A DNA stretch of 64,000 bases from contig CM121341.1 in assembly GCA_051530055.1 (NCBI GenBank), positions 15,540,784 through 15,604,783 on the forward strand, in the 5' to 3' direction. The stretch is from Neoechinorhynchus agilis. Its lineage: Eukaryota > Animalia > Acanthocephala. Positions 11,845 to 24,649 of this stretch are shown here, piece after piece. The notes under the pieces are model-generated. The model was not told the DNA's origin, made no database searches, and saw nothing but the letters and a program-made list of their open reading frames with translations. The position numbers and the translations under genes were made by a program. The first letter of the stretch is position 1. Each line of letters begins with the position of its first letter.

Positions 11845-12365
11845 ATAGAATCAGATGCTTGGCTTAATGCTCTCCCAATTGCTTCTGTGGTTACACTTTT
11901 CTTCGACGAGACAGTGAAGATCGCAGTGTCTCTGAGACTTGGAGTACCGATATGCACATCCCTTCGCTGCCTTTACGGAACGACCGTGGAACCACCGGGA
12001 CGCAATGGTCTTGTCTGTCGGCAATCAGGCGGAAGGTGCTCACGACACGCCGAAATGAACGCAATTCTTAGTCGTGCCCTGAATATTTCTTTGCCAACTC
12101 GATGGCCGTAGACCAAACGGTGTTACAGCATTCCCTTGGCCAGAAGGCAAATGCCTTCGCAGCCAGTAGCATAAAATTTGCCACGGTTAAAACTGAGGGG
12201 GGGCAACAAAAGTGGGTCGAAATCATTATTTCGTTCCCTTTGGCGTTGAGACACTCCAATCGTTTGTTACCGTGGTGCAGGACCTGGTCAAGCAATTGTC
12301 CAAGAGACTCAGACGACTGGGAAGCGCATTACACCAGGACGGCAGCTGAATGATCCTGAGCAGTG
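11845..12365 (+). mobile_element. CRE family A fragment, internally deleted
   Basis: ETVKIAVSLRLGVPICTSLRC...RNGLVC...RHAEMNAILSRAL; same 3' end (ACACCAGGACGGCAG..GATCC) as other family A copies. Confidence 0.85.
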
Positions 12366-13669
12366 GTGTGAAAGTTAGAATCAAGTTATGTTTTTTGACA
12401 AATTCCTCCTTTTTTAACTGCTAAGTGAAATAAATGTATCGATTTATTTTTTCCTTTATCTTGTACAATTTAGTTCATCTTTTATTCGTATAATCTAGAT
12501 AAAATCAAATAAATTCTTCTACATTATTTAACGTAGTGGAAAAAAGAGCAAATTAATAGTTATTTGCAATTATCCACTTTTTTGTGTACCTAAAAGTTCA
12601 TTCTTTAAATTGGATCCGTTTAATCATATGATTATAAAATTCGGTAAATATATTTCTTATTGGTTTTTGCATCTGCTTAAATTTAAATCCTTTAGGCTTT
12701 TTGTTCAAATAAATCGATAAAAGCTCCAAAAATGTTGTTGTTGGTAGATAGTTTCTTTATATTAATCGTTATGATAGATGATGAATCAATCAACCTTTAT
12801 GTTCATTTGCACAGTTTTTCAAAACCGGTTGTAATTAATCGGTATATTATTAGAGTTTATAAAAATGGTTGGATTTATAAGTCCTCGAGTTTGTGTAAAA
12901 TTTGATCATTTTAAGCTGTTTTAAATTTTTTTAATTAACAGGATTTTAAGTAAATGAAATTGCTTATACTTCATTTTGAAGATTTAATTATTTTTTAATT
13001 TCTGAAACTATTAAAATACTTTTCTTTCAAAATATATCATTTCACTGAGTGTTGTTAAACTCCAATATTGAAACTAAAAAGCTAAATTTTCCTCAGTGAG
13101 ACCAAGAAACTATCATCCCACATACGGACACTTATATGTTTTAACTAAGTGAAGCGGTTGGTTTTTATGCATGACCACTAAATTTAAAATAAACTATTAA
13201 AATTTTGGAATATTATAGTATCGATGACGTAGGTTCTAGGAACTGTGTGCCGGTTCGTTTTAGTTACTAACTGCATTTTCAAAGCATAATTTATCTTTAG
13301 TAATACACTTTGATGTTCAAGTTTTTGTTGTTTCCGAGGAATTTTTCTTATTGAGTAAACTACACAAAAACGTAAATTTTCCTTAAAATCTCTTCGAGGA
13401 AAAGCAATATTTTTATAAAACGACTGAATATAATCACATATAAGAAAAATAGCCGAGTTTTAACCACCATCCATCTCAGACCAGCCTGAGAGTTAACGTT
13501 ATTTATTCGTTAGATTGAAAATATCTCTCATAGCCTATTGCCTAGGCGCTTGATCCTATTTTCAAGATACTACAAGTACCGTCAAATCCGGTAAATCGGA
13601 CCAGCCACTTTTTAAGGTCAAATTCCATAGAACCAAAACAAATGTATTTACATGGACGTAATATACAGT

Positions 13670-16600
13670 CAAATCAAAACAAACAAACAAATTTATTCGA
13701 GTGGATGTGTCAGTTGATTCTTAACTATAATCACATAGATGTCGATCCATTTGGTGGTCTTATCGGCCCAGTCGGTCGCTTGCGCCCTTTGGTATGGGAG
13801 TTTGGCGAGAGCGTTGAGGAAGGAGCAGCGAAACAACAGGCGTTGTTCAGGCGGTCGGCCTCTTGAATAATATATTAGGCGGGATATTGCCCACGAATTC
13901 CAGATTACTCGAGTACTCTTCATGTCCAGCCCTAGACGACGAGCTCTCTTTGCTTTGAGGCTAGCTAATTTGAGTATTCTCTTGAATTTGCTTAAATCAC
14001 AAGTAGTGGAAAAATTACTCGTGAAAGAGTATCCTAGGATTGTAATCTTGTTGGAAATGCCGGTCATATTTTGGTTAAAAAATTCGTTGAAAGACTTTCT
14101 TAATTCCAACTTATCTAGGGTAGATCTGGACTTGATGAGGAGTTGAGTTTTACTTGGATTAACCGTCAGACCCGTCATGTTAAGAGTATCAACTAGGAAA
14201 GATAAAAGAGCAAGAAGTATCTCCCGTGCCTTCAAGTAATTAGCTTCCTTGATCACCGCTGTCAAGTCATCGGCGTAAAGAGAGAGAACTGCAAACTTTA
14301 CAGTTCTGAATAATGAATTGTGACGCTAGGCAGAATAAAATGGGGGACAACGGCGAACCTTGAGGGACTCCTTTTGTCTGATAGTAGATTCTATGCTGAG
14401 GATCATCCTGGAAAAAGAAGGATTTCGTATATAAAGTATTGTTTACCCTTGCAATAATATTGTATGGATAATTAAAAAAACCTCATAATTTTAATAATGA
14501 ACTCTATATCGATGTTATCAAATGCTTTAGATATGTCGAATGAGATTAAGATATTAGTTGAATTCCGGTTATAGTAGAAGTGATTAGCTAGACTTCCCGG
14601 GTAAAAATCCATGACATCTAAGGTCTATGCAGTCATTATCTGACGCAAACTTTAAAATTAATTGAGCAAGTGCTCTTTCATAGATGGAGACCAAGGAGTT
14701 TTGTATCGCGATTGGTCTAACGTCCTTAGCCGAAGTGATTTTGCGGCGCTTGTTCTTCACCAGGAAAATGCGTTTTGCGACATTGATGTCTGCCCATTGT
14801 TGTGGGGGGGTGCCTGAACCATGGCCATGGCTAAGATGCTAATATTGTCTGCCGACAAAACGCCAGTGGCTTTAAACGAGGCAGAGCAGTTATTGGACGT
14901 AGATATATTTTTCGATCCCCATCGTTTGATGATATGTTCGGGCGACGGATCAAGTTTCCGTCGTTTAATGGGTAGGAAATTGGATTTAACCGGCTCAAGG
15001 GCACACCCACCAGAATGTTCATTGCGAAGTGCTTCTACTACTGTAGATCGTCCAACTTCTTTGATCCAAGGACCCGCAGCTTTATCCCAGGGAGTGAAAT
15101 TCTTTTTTGCTGCTATGCGTCACCAAGAAGACGAGTACGGAAGGAAAGATTTGATTGCCGTGCTGTCCGAATTTAACTGATGTCGGACTCGGCATAGCCA
15201 TTAGAGAGAAGACCAAAATTTCGCAGCCTCTTTGTCTCCCTCCGACTTAGCCGCGAACAGCTCCCTTCCCTAGAATTTCAACAGTTGTGGATGCTTGTGA
15301 CAACTGTTAGAAAGGATTCGCTGTGTGTGGCGAGGCAGTCATTTAGCGCTTTCAGGGTTGTGTCCCTACTGCCCTTGAGAAATATGAAAGTGGCAAGGTT
15401 AAAGAGTTGGATGTTCAGGGACGATAATTTAAACCTCCGAGTCAATAGCGAGTTCCTAGCGAGGTTGCGTGAGATCGCATCGTGTCCACAAATTGTGAAC
15501 AGTGAGGATTGTGTGTAGATTTAAGGTCTAAATTTGAAACTCTTCCTTTCCCCCAAAATGAATTGAGAAAATGGTGTAAGACATATCAGGTGTACTGAAT
15601 TGACCGATAACGGTCGGGAAAGGGCAGGAATTAAAAGTTGAGAGGAGTCCCTGCGAATTAAGATTGGCCGGCGGGGTGATGAAAATGGAGGAGTCCATAT
15701 CTAGACACTTAATACCTTCAGGAAGATCTTGGAAGTCATAGATACATTTGGTTTCCTGAATGAAGGTCATTTCATGCTTCTGAGCAGCCGAGATTATTCT
15801 GGGAATTTCTAGGCGTCCGCCTGCATTCCACTGCACCAACCTCAATTCTGTCATAGAATGGCTCTCCTCCGCTTGATCATATAGACTAGTCCTTCTGCGC
15901 ATATTTGCTGTTGCTCGTCAATTATTTGCCTGACATATGATTCATTGTCATTCACATCGATATTCACAGTAACGCCCGTACTCGTATCTGTTTCATATAG
16001 ATCTGGAGATCTTTTCTCTATCCTACGGGTTTTCAGTTGTCCCGGTATATTTATGCGGCTCAGACTAATGAGATAGAATTGGTCAGGGCTTTGAAGTGTT
16101 TCTCTAGGCGTCGTTCGAGGTTTTGAATAGCTGAGCTTATCCTTAAGTACACCATTTGTAGTATTTTCGCTGAAAAGTCATTGAGAATATTATTAAGCTG
16201 AAGCCAAGTGTTGGTCGAGAGTTCCGATATGGAACCAAAACGTGATGATGTAGCAGACGGCTGGTCTATGACTAGAGTCAAAGCTACTGCTTGCTGAGTT
16301 TTCGAACTGACAGTCGAAGGGGCTGCAGCAAATGACCTCCGATGCGTTTCCATTGCCTTGTTTTGAGTAAGCTTTGAAGCCCAACTTTACTACAATTCGC
16401 GCAGTGCTCGAGGTCTTTGGGGCAATCGCCACTTTGGTGATCCCTGCACAGTAAGCGCAGATTATCTTCCTCGAAGGACATCGTTGTAACCAATGTCCCT
16501 ATTTTTGACAACCGGCGCATCTTGGGAAGATGAACTCGTCCATGCGGGGAATTTCGTTTTCAATGAACTTCACTTCCATCGAGTTAAAGAAACACCTCTT

Positions 16601-17350
16601 TCCTGTAAGCGAATGTCGTGTCTCTTTTCCGGCTTTCACCACAGCTCTGGGAATACATCCTCCATTTTTCTTTGATTTTAGAAAGAATAATATTCTGCAA
16701 CCGAATTTGTTTTCGAAAGCGATCCTATTATCCTCATCTATGTCTGGAGAGAGTCCATATACAATGAAAGTCGTCTCGTATGATTAATTATGGACCGTTA
16801 CTTTTGATTTGTTGCATTTCGTAAGAAATTTTTCGTAGTGTTGTCTCAAGGTCTCATTCATCAAATGGACTTTTAGTTTTCCTCCGAAGTAGGTGACATG
16901 TGAGACTCTTTGAATATCATCCTTAAAGGATTTAAGCCATGGGCCAAGATATTCCTTGTAGAGGAGCTCTCTTGGTAGGATGGGGTTCGAAACGATGGTC
17001 GTAGCGCTAGGCCATTCCCGTGATGGAGGAATCATGAAATCCAATTCGATCGTCTTTGGGTTGTATTTTCAGCAATAATCTGCTGATTTAGTTCAGAATC
17101 TTCGGGGTCCGCATTTCCGAGAATTTGTCTCCGTATGTCCGGAGGCACTGTAATTTTTAAGGAATTGGGTGGCCGTTTGCCATCCTACGCTGCAGCACAA
17201 ACGCGGGCTGCATTGTGAATTGCAGTCAAATCCGGTGCATATCGTACCAATCCTTTACTAGTACCAAAACGATCGCGTTCCGATGTTGTTCTATTAACTC
17301 TGGAATCAACTGTATTTCTTTTCCGTCAACATCGTGCTTCTCCAGCACAT
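13670..17350 (-). mobile_element. Decayed I/Jockey-like LINE (ORF1 with zinc knuckle, APE-RT ORF2, (TTTG)n tail)
   Basis: LRLVQWNAGG...FIQETK (APE, 15528..15902); DISKAFDNID, GVPQGSPLSP, LSLYADDLT (RT); ORF1 pieces at 16284..17044; AATAAA followed by TTTGTTTGTTTG at about 13690. Confidence 0.85.
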
Positions 17351-17507
17351 AAACGAAGAAAACGCTTGATATTAAGTTCTTCGTTATTCTTGGCTCTTTG
17401 AAATTCCAAATTAATCAAATTTCAAAATATTTTTCATAATAAGATTTATGCGGATCGAGTGGAACAACGCTCGTCCTAATACCCATATTTTTAACCTTTG
17501 TTTTAGA

Positions 17508-18386
17508 ATGGCTGATTCATCTAAGAAGGATCGACCAACGGAACCACCGTCTATATCTTGTTTGGAGCTTTCATCTTATCTTCCATTCAGTCCATATTTT
17601 ATCGATCCAGAAATGGCAGCTACCGCAGCAGCATTTATGCCACCAGGACAGGGGTGGGAGAATTCCCCCGAGTTCCAGAAGCTATTCAGAAAGCCCAAGT
17701 CCGGTATGATGCCTCCGTTTTTCTTCAATCCAGTAACGGCTGCGATTTCAACTGCGTCATTCGTCCATCCTGTATGTGTTAGTGGGCCCAGCGCTATCGA
17801 CAAAGAAGCAACTCAACTTTATGAATCCCACAACGGAGCGAATTTCAACACTCATCAACAAGTATTCGGATTTGTTGTATCTGCTTTCTACGCGACTCAA
17901 AAGATAGATCCCAGCTTTGTGTCCCAATGCTATAACACCAACGGCCGCCTTCAAGATGATTTACGGAACATAGAGGAGGACACTGATGTCGAGATGGAAG
18001 TTTTGGATCAACATCGAGAGTTTCTAGATGACCTACGCTCGATTGAAGTAAAGTCAAAGGATGCAGATGGTCACCAATGGTCAACCATTACATTCGAGCT
18101 CTTTCGTCTTATGGAAGAGTACCTTCGTTATATTACAAAGAAGTACGTAAGTCCGGGTCTTGATCCATCAATGATGCCTTGGAACGATCTTATAAATCTG
18201 CTGAAACGAAACACGATTGTACCAATGAGTCCAAGTTTATTCAGAAAACTTGACGACGTTCGACAATTAAGAAACTCTGTTGTACATTCATTCACCGTTC
18301 GTCCAGATCATGTACTTCTAAAGGAGCTTTTACATATAGCTTCAGATTTGTATCGTTGGGGAGCTCAGTTCAGAGATGCTAACTAA
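17508..18386 (+). CDS. Intronless HEPN-like protein, 292 aa, paralogue of 10400..11554 without the zinc finger
   Basis: DVEMEVLD.H.EF and EYLRYITKKYVSPGLDP..M.WN.L.NLLKRNTIV...RKLDDVRQLRNSVVHSFT closely match the first copy; RNSVVH at 18270-18287. Confidence 0.8.
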   Translation: MADSSKKDRPTEPPSISCLELSSYLPFSPYFIDPEMAATAAAFMPPGQGWENSPEFQKLFRKPKSGMMPPFFFNPVTAAISTASFVHPVCVSGPSAIDKEATQLYESHNGANFNTHQQVFGFVVSAFYATQKIDPSFVSQCYNTNGRLQDDLRNIEEDTDVEMEVLDQHREFLDDLRSIEVKSKDADGHQWSTITFELFRLMEEYLRYITKKYVSPGLDPSMMPWNDLINLLKRNTIVPMSPSLFRKLDDVRQLRNSVVHSFTVRPDHVLLKELLHIASDLYRWGAQFRDAN

Positions 18387-18455
18387 TAGAAATGCTTTTT
18401 CTTGAATTCAATGTAATAAATACACGTGTTATTATTTTCATTTGTTGGATTTTCA

Positions 18456-18720
18456 GCTGATTTTGTCGACCGCGATTATATATTTCTTTTTATTTTTATA
18501 TGAATTATTTTAGCATTTTCGACGGTCGAATTTCATTTTTTACATCACAGACGTGATATGAACACTTAAACTCCGATGAAAAGTTAAGAGTTCGTACATC
18601 AGAGTTTAAATGGTCATATCACTTCTCTGATGCAAAACATAAGATTCGACCGCCGAAAGTGCTAAAATAATTCATATAAAAATAAAAAGAAACGTTATTA
18701 TTTTGCGGTCGATCATCAGC
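18456..18720. repeat. Near-perfect palindrome of about 260 bp (foldback element)
   Basis: TCGACCGC...TTTTTATATGAATTATTTTAGCA...TACATCACAGACGTGATATGAAC mirrored by GTCATATCACTTCTCTGATGCA...TGCTAAAATAATTCATATAAAAA...GCGGTCGA; central loop under 20 nt. Confidence 0.85.
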
Positions 18721-19284
18721 ACCCGAGGGGAGGAGGGATTTCGTTAAAGACCAATGTATTTCGACCAGTTCAATAAGTCATTTTATCAATTCTATCTAAA
18801 AAATAGCAGGTATTATTAGTCACAAACACTAGACATGTCATCTACGGCATTGACGAACTCGGGTTCCCGAGTAAAAACGAAAACAATCATGTCGTGTGTT
18901 GAATTTTTTAGATAGACTGACTGGAACAATCAATGGAAATACGTTCGTATTTAACGCGATCTCTCTCGGGTGATGATGATCGATCGCAAAATAATAACAT
19001 GCCTAAAAATGTCGATATGTGGGGTACCGGGGAATGTGATTTGAATTACTGTTTAGGTCTACACCCGAAGAGTATATTGCTAACAAACAAACTGATGATG
19101 AACCCGACGAGGTTCGGAACGTCTTTAATAAATAATCATTTACCGGTTGTAGACCTAAACAATAACTCCAATAACATGTTTAACCACCCGGCCGAATGCA
19201 ATCCTCAAAAAGGTTTTTCTGCGCAACCTATTTTGTTGATCTTGTTAGCGGTCAGAAGAATGATTGCATTCGGGTTGCTAGAGA

Positions 19285-19442
19285 TGTTTAGGTCGCTTGT
19301 CGACACACAAGCGCGAGTTCGTATTAAACACGAATTTATATATTTCGGCTCTGTTTCGCACTGACTGATTCAAGCGGTCGAAATATATAAATTCGTCTTT
19401 AATGCGATATCTCTTCTTGGGTGTCGACTAGCGACCTAAACA
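19285..19442. repeat. Foldback/MITE with TGTTTAGGTC termini
   Basis: TGTTTAGGTCGCTTGTCGACAC...ACGAATTTATATATTTCG mirrored by CGAAATATATAAATTCGT...GTGTCGACTAGCGACCTAAACA. Confidence 0.8.
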
Positions 19443-19533
19443 ACAGTAAGAAGGATGTATTACGAAACGCATGGAAATATAAACAAAATAGGAGTTTTAC
19501 TGATCAAATCGTACCATGTCCCTTTTATAGAAA

Positions 19534-20169
19534 TCAACGACGTAGTCGTCGTATAACATGCGAAACCAAAATCCTTGCCGTAAAGCGTGTAAACTCTGCG
19601 TGGTCGATATCAGGATAAGCACGTCCTAAATAAATCAAATATTGTATTAACATTTCACTGAGTCTCGGCCTATTTTGACCAGTGTTATGGAAATGACCCA
19701 GTAAATCAACCAACGTTTCGTTGCTCGAATGATCGCCACCAGCTTCTAATAAATCCACGATTGGACAAGTAAGTAACATATTGCTAATGAAGATTTCTTC
19801 CATCATATTTAAGGTCAGTTCTCTGTGGTTACGCCGAGCCTCTGATTCGTTGCCGTCTTGGTTTTGAAGATCATCGTGAGTATTATTTGAAGAGTCAATT
19901 TCTCGGTCACCGTTTGTCCTTTGCTCTTCAGAATTAACGAGTTCTTCGTTATGTTCTCCACCTTCAGCACTTTCTCCCGATCCATCTTGATTATCGTCTC
20001 CTTCCTCTTCATTAACAGGTATTTCATTGTCTTCAATTTTGTTGGGATCCTCGTCCATCTCCTTCGATGTTCCATTTTGGTTGAAGTTTGCGTACCCTTT
20101 TGCATGGAAGGCATTGTTGAACAAACTTTTAATGGGTCGACCAATCTTCTCCGTCGTATTGCTGCTCAT
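19534..20169 (-). pseudogene. Acidic ORF with a possible divergent MA3 (PDCD4-like) domain, apparently frameshifted and interrupted
   Basis: VDLLEAG...ETLVDLLGHF...LIYLGRAYPDIDHAEFTRFTARILV is co-linear with recalled PDCD4 MA3 (MTSKLLSDL...LPELALDTPRAPQLVGQFIARAV); weak similarity. Confidence 0.35.
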
Positions 20170-20508
20170 TATTCGACACTTTTATCAAAGCTGCAAATCA
20201 CACACACATTGTTTCTTTGGAGTGTTGTAGTCATAGTAACGTTTAGGTTTTTCGCACAAGAAGTGATCGCCTTTTTAAAAGCAAAAATTTCGATCAAGTT
20301 CTAAAAAATTCCATCAATTATTTTTCAAGCAATCAATTAGAAATAATCATCGATTTATGTTTTTCTAGCTATAAAAGTCGTAAAACAGATCGGATGATGA
20401 TTGACAGAATTTTTAAAGAAGATGGTAACGTAATTTGATAGCATAATCCGATAAGTGCCAACCTTCAAACATTCTCTCACACACATGTATCTACATTAAA
20501 TTTCAACG

Positions 20509-22562
20509 TTAGTACCGGTAGTTCTTGTATACTCTTCCATTATCACGCCATTGCCTCTTTCGGTTATCATAATGTCCACCACCTGAATGACTACGGTCAT
20601 CCCGGGTTCGACGATGTTCCCTTCCTTGTGAAGAATACGACTGACCGTGATTTGATGGTTGTTCCGGAAAGCGCCCATGCTGTTGATTTGTGCGTCGGGC
20701 GTCGTACGCATACGGATTATGTTCATGGTTACTTCTTGATGAATGCTGAGAAACTGGAGGTGGTGCTGGAACAACGTATTGTTGGCAAACGGCTAAAGTT
20801 TCTGGTTCCGAATTCGATTGAACTAATGATTGCACTGAGAACTCTGATGGCGGCTGATGTATCATTGACAAATGCGATTGTTGTTGTTGTGGTGGCTGCT
20901 GGTAGCCGCTAAATCGGTTTCCAAATATACTTTGATGATTAGATAAGCAAATGGGTTCGTTGTGAGATTGCGAGTTGGGATCAAAATACGTTGCTTGATA
21001 CTGAGGCGGCATTATGAGCGGGGGATGCGATTGGGCGTTTATAAAGCTCGCATAGTTTAATTGTTCGTTAGGATTTAACGGCGGAGGCAGTACATTGGAG
21101 AAATCAGGCACTATAAACGCGTACCGACTTGATAGTGATGGTTGAACTACTGGATCCATCATATTAACTGTCGGTTCACAATGACTGATTTTATCGTCCT
21201 TTACTATGCAATCACTAGACGCGCCCTTCAAAGCGGATTTCTCTCGATACTCAATAATTCTCACAAGCACTTCGTCAGAAGCACTTAATTCGTCAATAAT
21301 ACCACCATCGCCCAATGCCAAAATATTTTCAACGCTCCAATCGGCAATCTCTACGTGTGGAATATACGCACATCCAATGTCCCTATTAAACTGATGCTGA
21401 CGATCCTTAATACCAATATTGCTAGCCCAGGCTAATCGCGCTGAAATTCCACGGATTATAAGAGTCTTATTCTCTTTTAGAAATTTCTCAGCATCTTCTC
21501 GAAATTTAAAGCAAATATAAGCACATCCGCGTGGACCTATAAGGTTTACCGACTCAGCTTCACCGAAGTTAGCAACCATTGTCTTTATAAGCTCTTCCTC
21601 TACGGTCTTTGGAAGATGTCCAATCCACACCGTCCTTGTACAAATTGTCATATGTTTTTCTTTAACTGGAACAATATGTTTCCTTGTCTTTTCATTAGAT
21701 GATCCCTGAACTGGCGGATCACTTAAAACATCAGCACTGGTCTCTTCGTTGTCATCATCAGATGAAAAACTAGGCAGGTCTTTACCTCTGAACCTCTTCG
21801 GTATTTTATTAAACGCCATGAGATTAACACGCTCGCGCAGTGTCAACCCTTTGTACCGAATAGCCGTCGGATCGTCGTCTACACAATACATCTTTATCGT
21901 AAAGAGCCCCAAATCGATCAAAATGAAATGCATTCATCTTCGTCTTCGATCAGTAGAGGTTCGTTATCGGGTTCAACTCGATCAGTGTCACTCTTAGCAT
22001 TCGGAGAAACAGGGCCCATTTCATCTGGAGTAGAAGTTGCATCATTGTCCAGGTTCTTAAAATAAAACGCATCTACCTTACCCGTCCACCATTCTTGTAC
22101 CGATTTGGGATCACCCAAAACTTCAGCTGCAAACGCTCGTACATCCTCCTCACTAAGAACGCTATTCCGATACCAAATAAAGAATGTCTTGAGAACTTCA
22201 TCAGCCATTTTCGGCCTTCGCTTACAGTAGATCAACGCATGTTTTAAAATGGATGCTTTGTGCCGCTTAAAGCGACTAGTAAACACAGTTTTATCTCCGT
22301 GTCGGAATCGAGTGTGGCGCATCAGTGAGTCCATAAGATACAATGCAACCAGCTTTCCATCCACACTTTTCCCTTCCATTAGTACCTGAACACTTCGTGC
22401 GAAATAGCGTTCTATTCCGTCTACGGACAGTGCCGTCTCGGTTAGTACTGCTATATCCATTTCGCTTACGGACGATTTTTTGAGGCAAAGATGGTCTAAT
22501 GCTTTATTAAAGTAAGATAAAAGACATTCCTCGGCATCAGTTAAGATCTCTTTCTGTGGCAT
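20509..22562 (-). CDS. SCAF8: SR-related CTD-associated factor 4/8-like (CID + RRM), split over two frames at about 21920
   Basis: CID: KLVALYLMDSLMR...VFTSRF; RRM: CTRTVWIGHL...LIGPRGCAY...LAWASNIGIK...DIGCAYIP...GGIID; Q/P-rich tail. SCAF4 versus SCAF8 not resolvable. Confidence 0.85.
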
Positions 22563-23512
22563 GAGTTCTAGAATTAACGAGTGATCAAGGAAGGAAATCG
22601 AAACTATGTGACGACTATACGAGTTCACCGAAGAAAACTAAAATTTTCATCAAAGAAAAGATTGGACAACGCGGTAAATAAAGTCGCAGCAACATTTTGA
22701 TCTCTTAGCCAGTCACTAAACCATTTTACATATAAAGCAAAGTCCATTGTTATACATCTTAAAAACATAAGCAAGTATTGGGCGCTTCAGTCAAAGCAAT
22801 ATCAATCGATTATTGGTACTAAAATATTTGTAATTTTATGTATCATCGAACATAATTGGATTCTCACTTTAAATGTAAATTTAACATCAATATTTACTGA
22901 CTTCCTTTTAATACGTTCAAAAAACAAATAATTAGTAAATGAATATCTTATAATAAAGAGATATGAATGCTCACTTCCGTAATTCTAAGAATCTCAGTAC
23001 GCGATTTTTAAAAACCCGAATAAATTACTTCAAAAAATTTGTGACTTCGTTTTTGAACTCCTACCATTCTAAATAGCAATGAAACATTCAGTGGACATGA
23101 TTCGGCGCTACAGACGAGAATTCTTTTTGTCTACGACGCTTCAATCATTAGAACAAAAATACACTCTAAAACGAAATTACCGCAATATACGATCAATATG
23201 AGCTTGTAAAATGTCTATACCACGAAATTAGGATCTTAGATATGCCCAGAAGTTGAGATTTAAAGAGTATGAAATGATAAATGACAATTAAACCTTTTAA
23301 TTAGATCTAGGCTTTCTATTAATATTTTCGCCTCACGTTAAAAGCTAAATTAAATTCAAAATCATGCATTTAGAATTATTTTAAGCTCAAAAGGTTTCTC
23401 TAAGTAGATAAACTATTTCAGTACTTAATCCGAAAAAAATTAGATTTACAGTTTATTTTTTTAAGAAGTGTTGATTACATATGGTCATTTCCACGATATT
23501 CGCTTTATAAAA

Positions 23513-23620
23513 TGTCTGAAAATTGAATTATTCATGTTTGTTTATGGTGGAAAAGTGTAGGAATTTCATTAAATCCGATATTTCAGCGGCATAATCTTGT
23601 GATTTTATCAAGGTTACAAA
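23513..23620 (+). mobile_element. MITE family half-copy (others at about 9895, 24070, 53095-53279, 60490)
   Basis: Shared GTCTGAAAATTGAATTATTCATGTTTGTTTATGG...GGAATTT.ATTAAATCCGATATTT. Confidence 0.75.
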
Positions 23621-24649
23621 ATGAGCAAAAGTATTTATTTGATCAATAAAACCTGAGAATCAAGAGTGGTTGTCAGAGACTTTAAATTTTAAATTAAATA
23701 ATATATTAATAATGCCCATTAAAGAGGCCAGTGATTTGCTCTGGTCCGCATTTAATACATAGGATTGCAGAAACTAAGAAAATAATGGATATGTAAAGCA
23801 CTGCGCCGACCATTCAGGACGTTATTCAAACTTCGAGTAAAAGGATTGGAACCCGCATTCATCGAATTCGGAAAGGCAGCATAATTGTAGGCTTGAGATA
23901 AGACGTTTTCGATCCACATAAATAAATTTTTGATAGCAGTCCTTTCTAGCTATCCCGATGGAAAATAAATAAACTATAAAAACTCGATTATGAACAGTTT
24001 TTGACGAGAAATCTTTCAGACAACACACGAGGAAAAAATGACAAAACAGTCGCCAAAAGTAAATCTCTAATGTCTGAAAATTGAATTAGTCATGTTTGTT
24101 TATGGTTGAAAAAGTGGCCATAAACAAATCTTTAATAGCGATTAGCAGAGAAAACCTCTATTTGAGTCCAGGAGACGAAACAACATTGCGCAAAACTGGA
24201 AAGCGTTTTTTGGAAAATCTCTAATACACTCAAATATTTTCAATTTTTCGTTAGGTAGGACTTCTTCAAAATTGTTTAAGTGTTTTATTGACCAATACTT
24301 ATAAAATGGTGTCTTTTTTCGATACGAAAATCAAGAACTGCCTATACATTTTACGGCATAAAAGAATTGATTGAAATAGCGAATACACAGTGGGACGATT
24401 GAAGAATGAACTCATGAACTCTAGGCAAGGCAATTAAAAAAACATCAAAAACACGCGACTCAACCGTAAAGAATGGAATAGAGGAGTTCATTAGTGTTAG
24501 AGCAACCGGAAGAAATCAAATGATGAGGTTACACGTCACGTATGACGTCACTCGGCAAGTTCCTTAAAAGGAAGTTTGGAAGAATGAAAACAGTTCATGA
24601 CATCGGAGAAAAATGTATTTTATTTAACCAAAATATAAATATGCTTTTA

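Noticed and set aside
14821-15518. Plus-strand ORFs of 77-119 aa
   Set aside because: Antisense shadows of LINE ORF2; the same applies to ORFs opposite the other TEs and genes
24530-24555. TGACGTCA / TCACGT motif cluster
   Set aside because: No linked gene start; short motifs expected by chance
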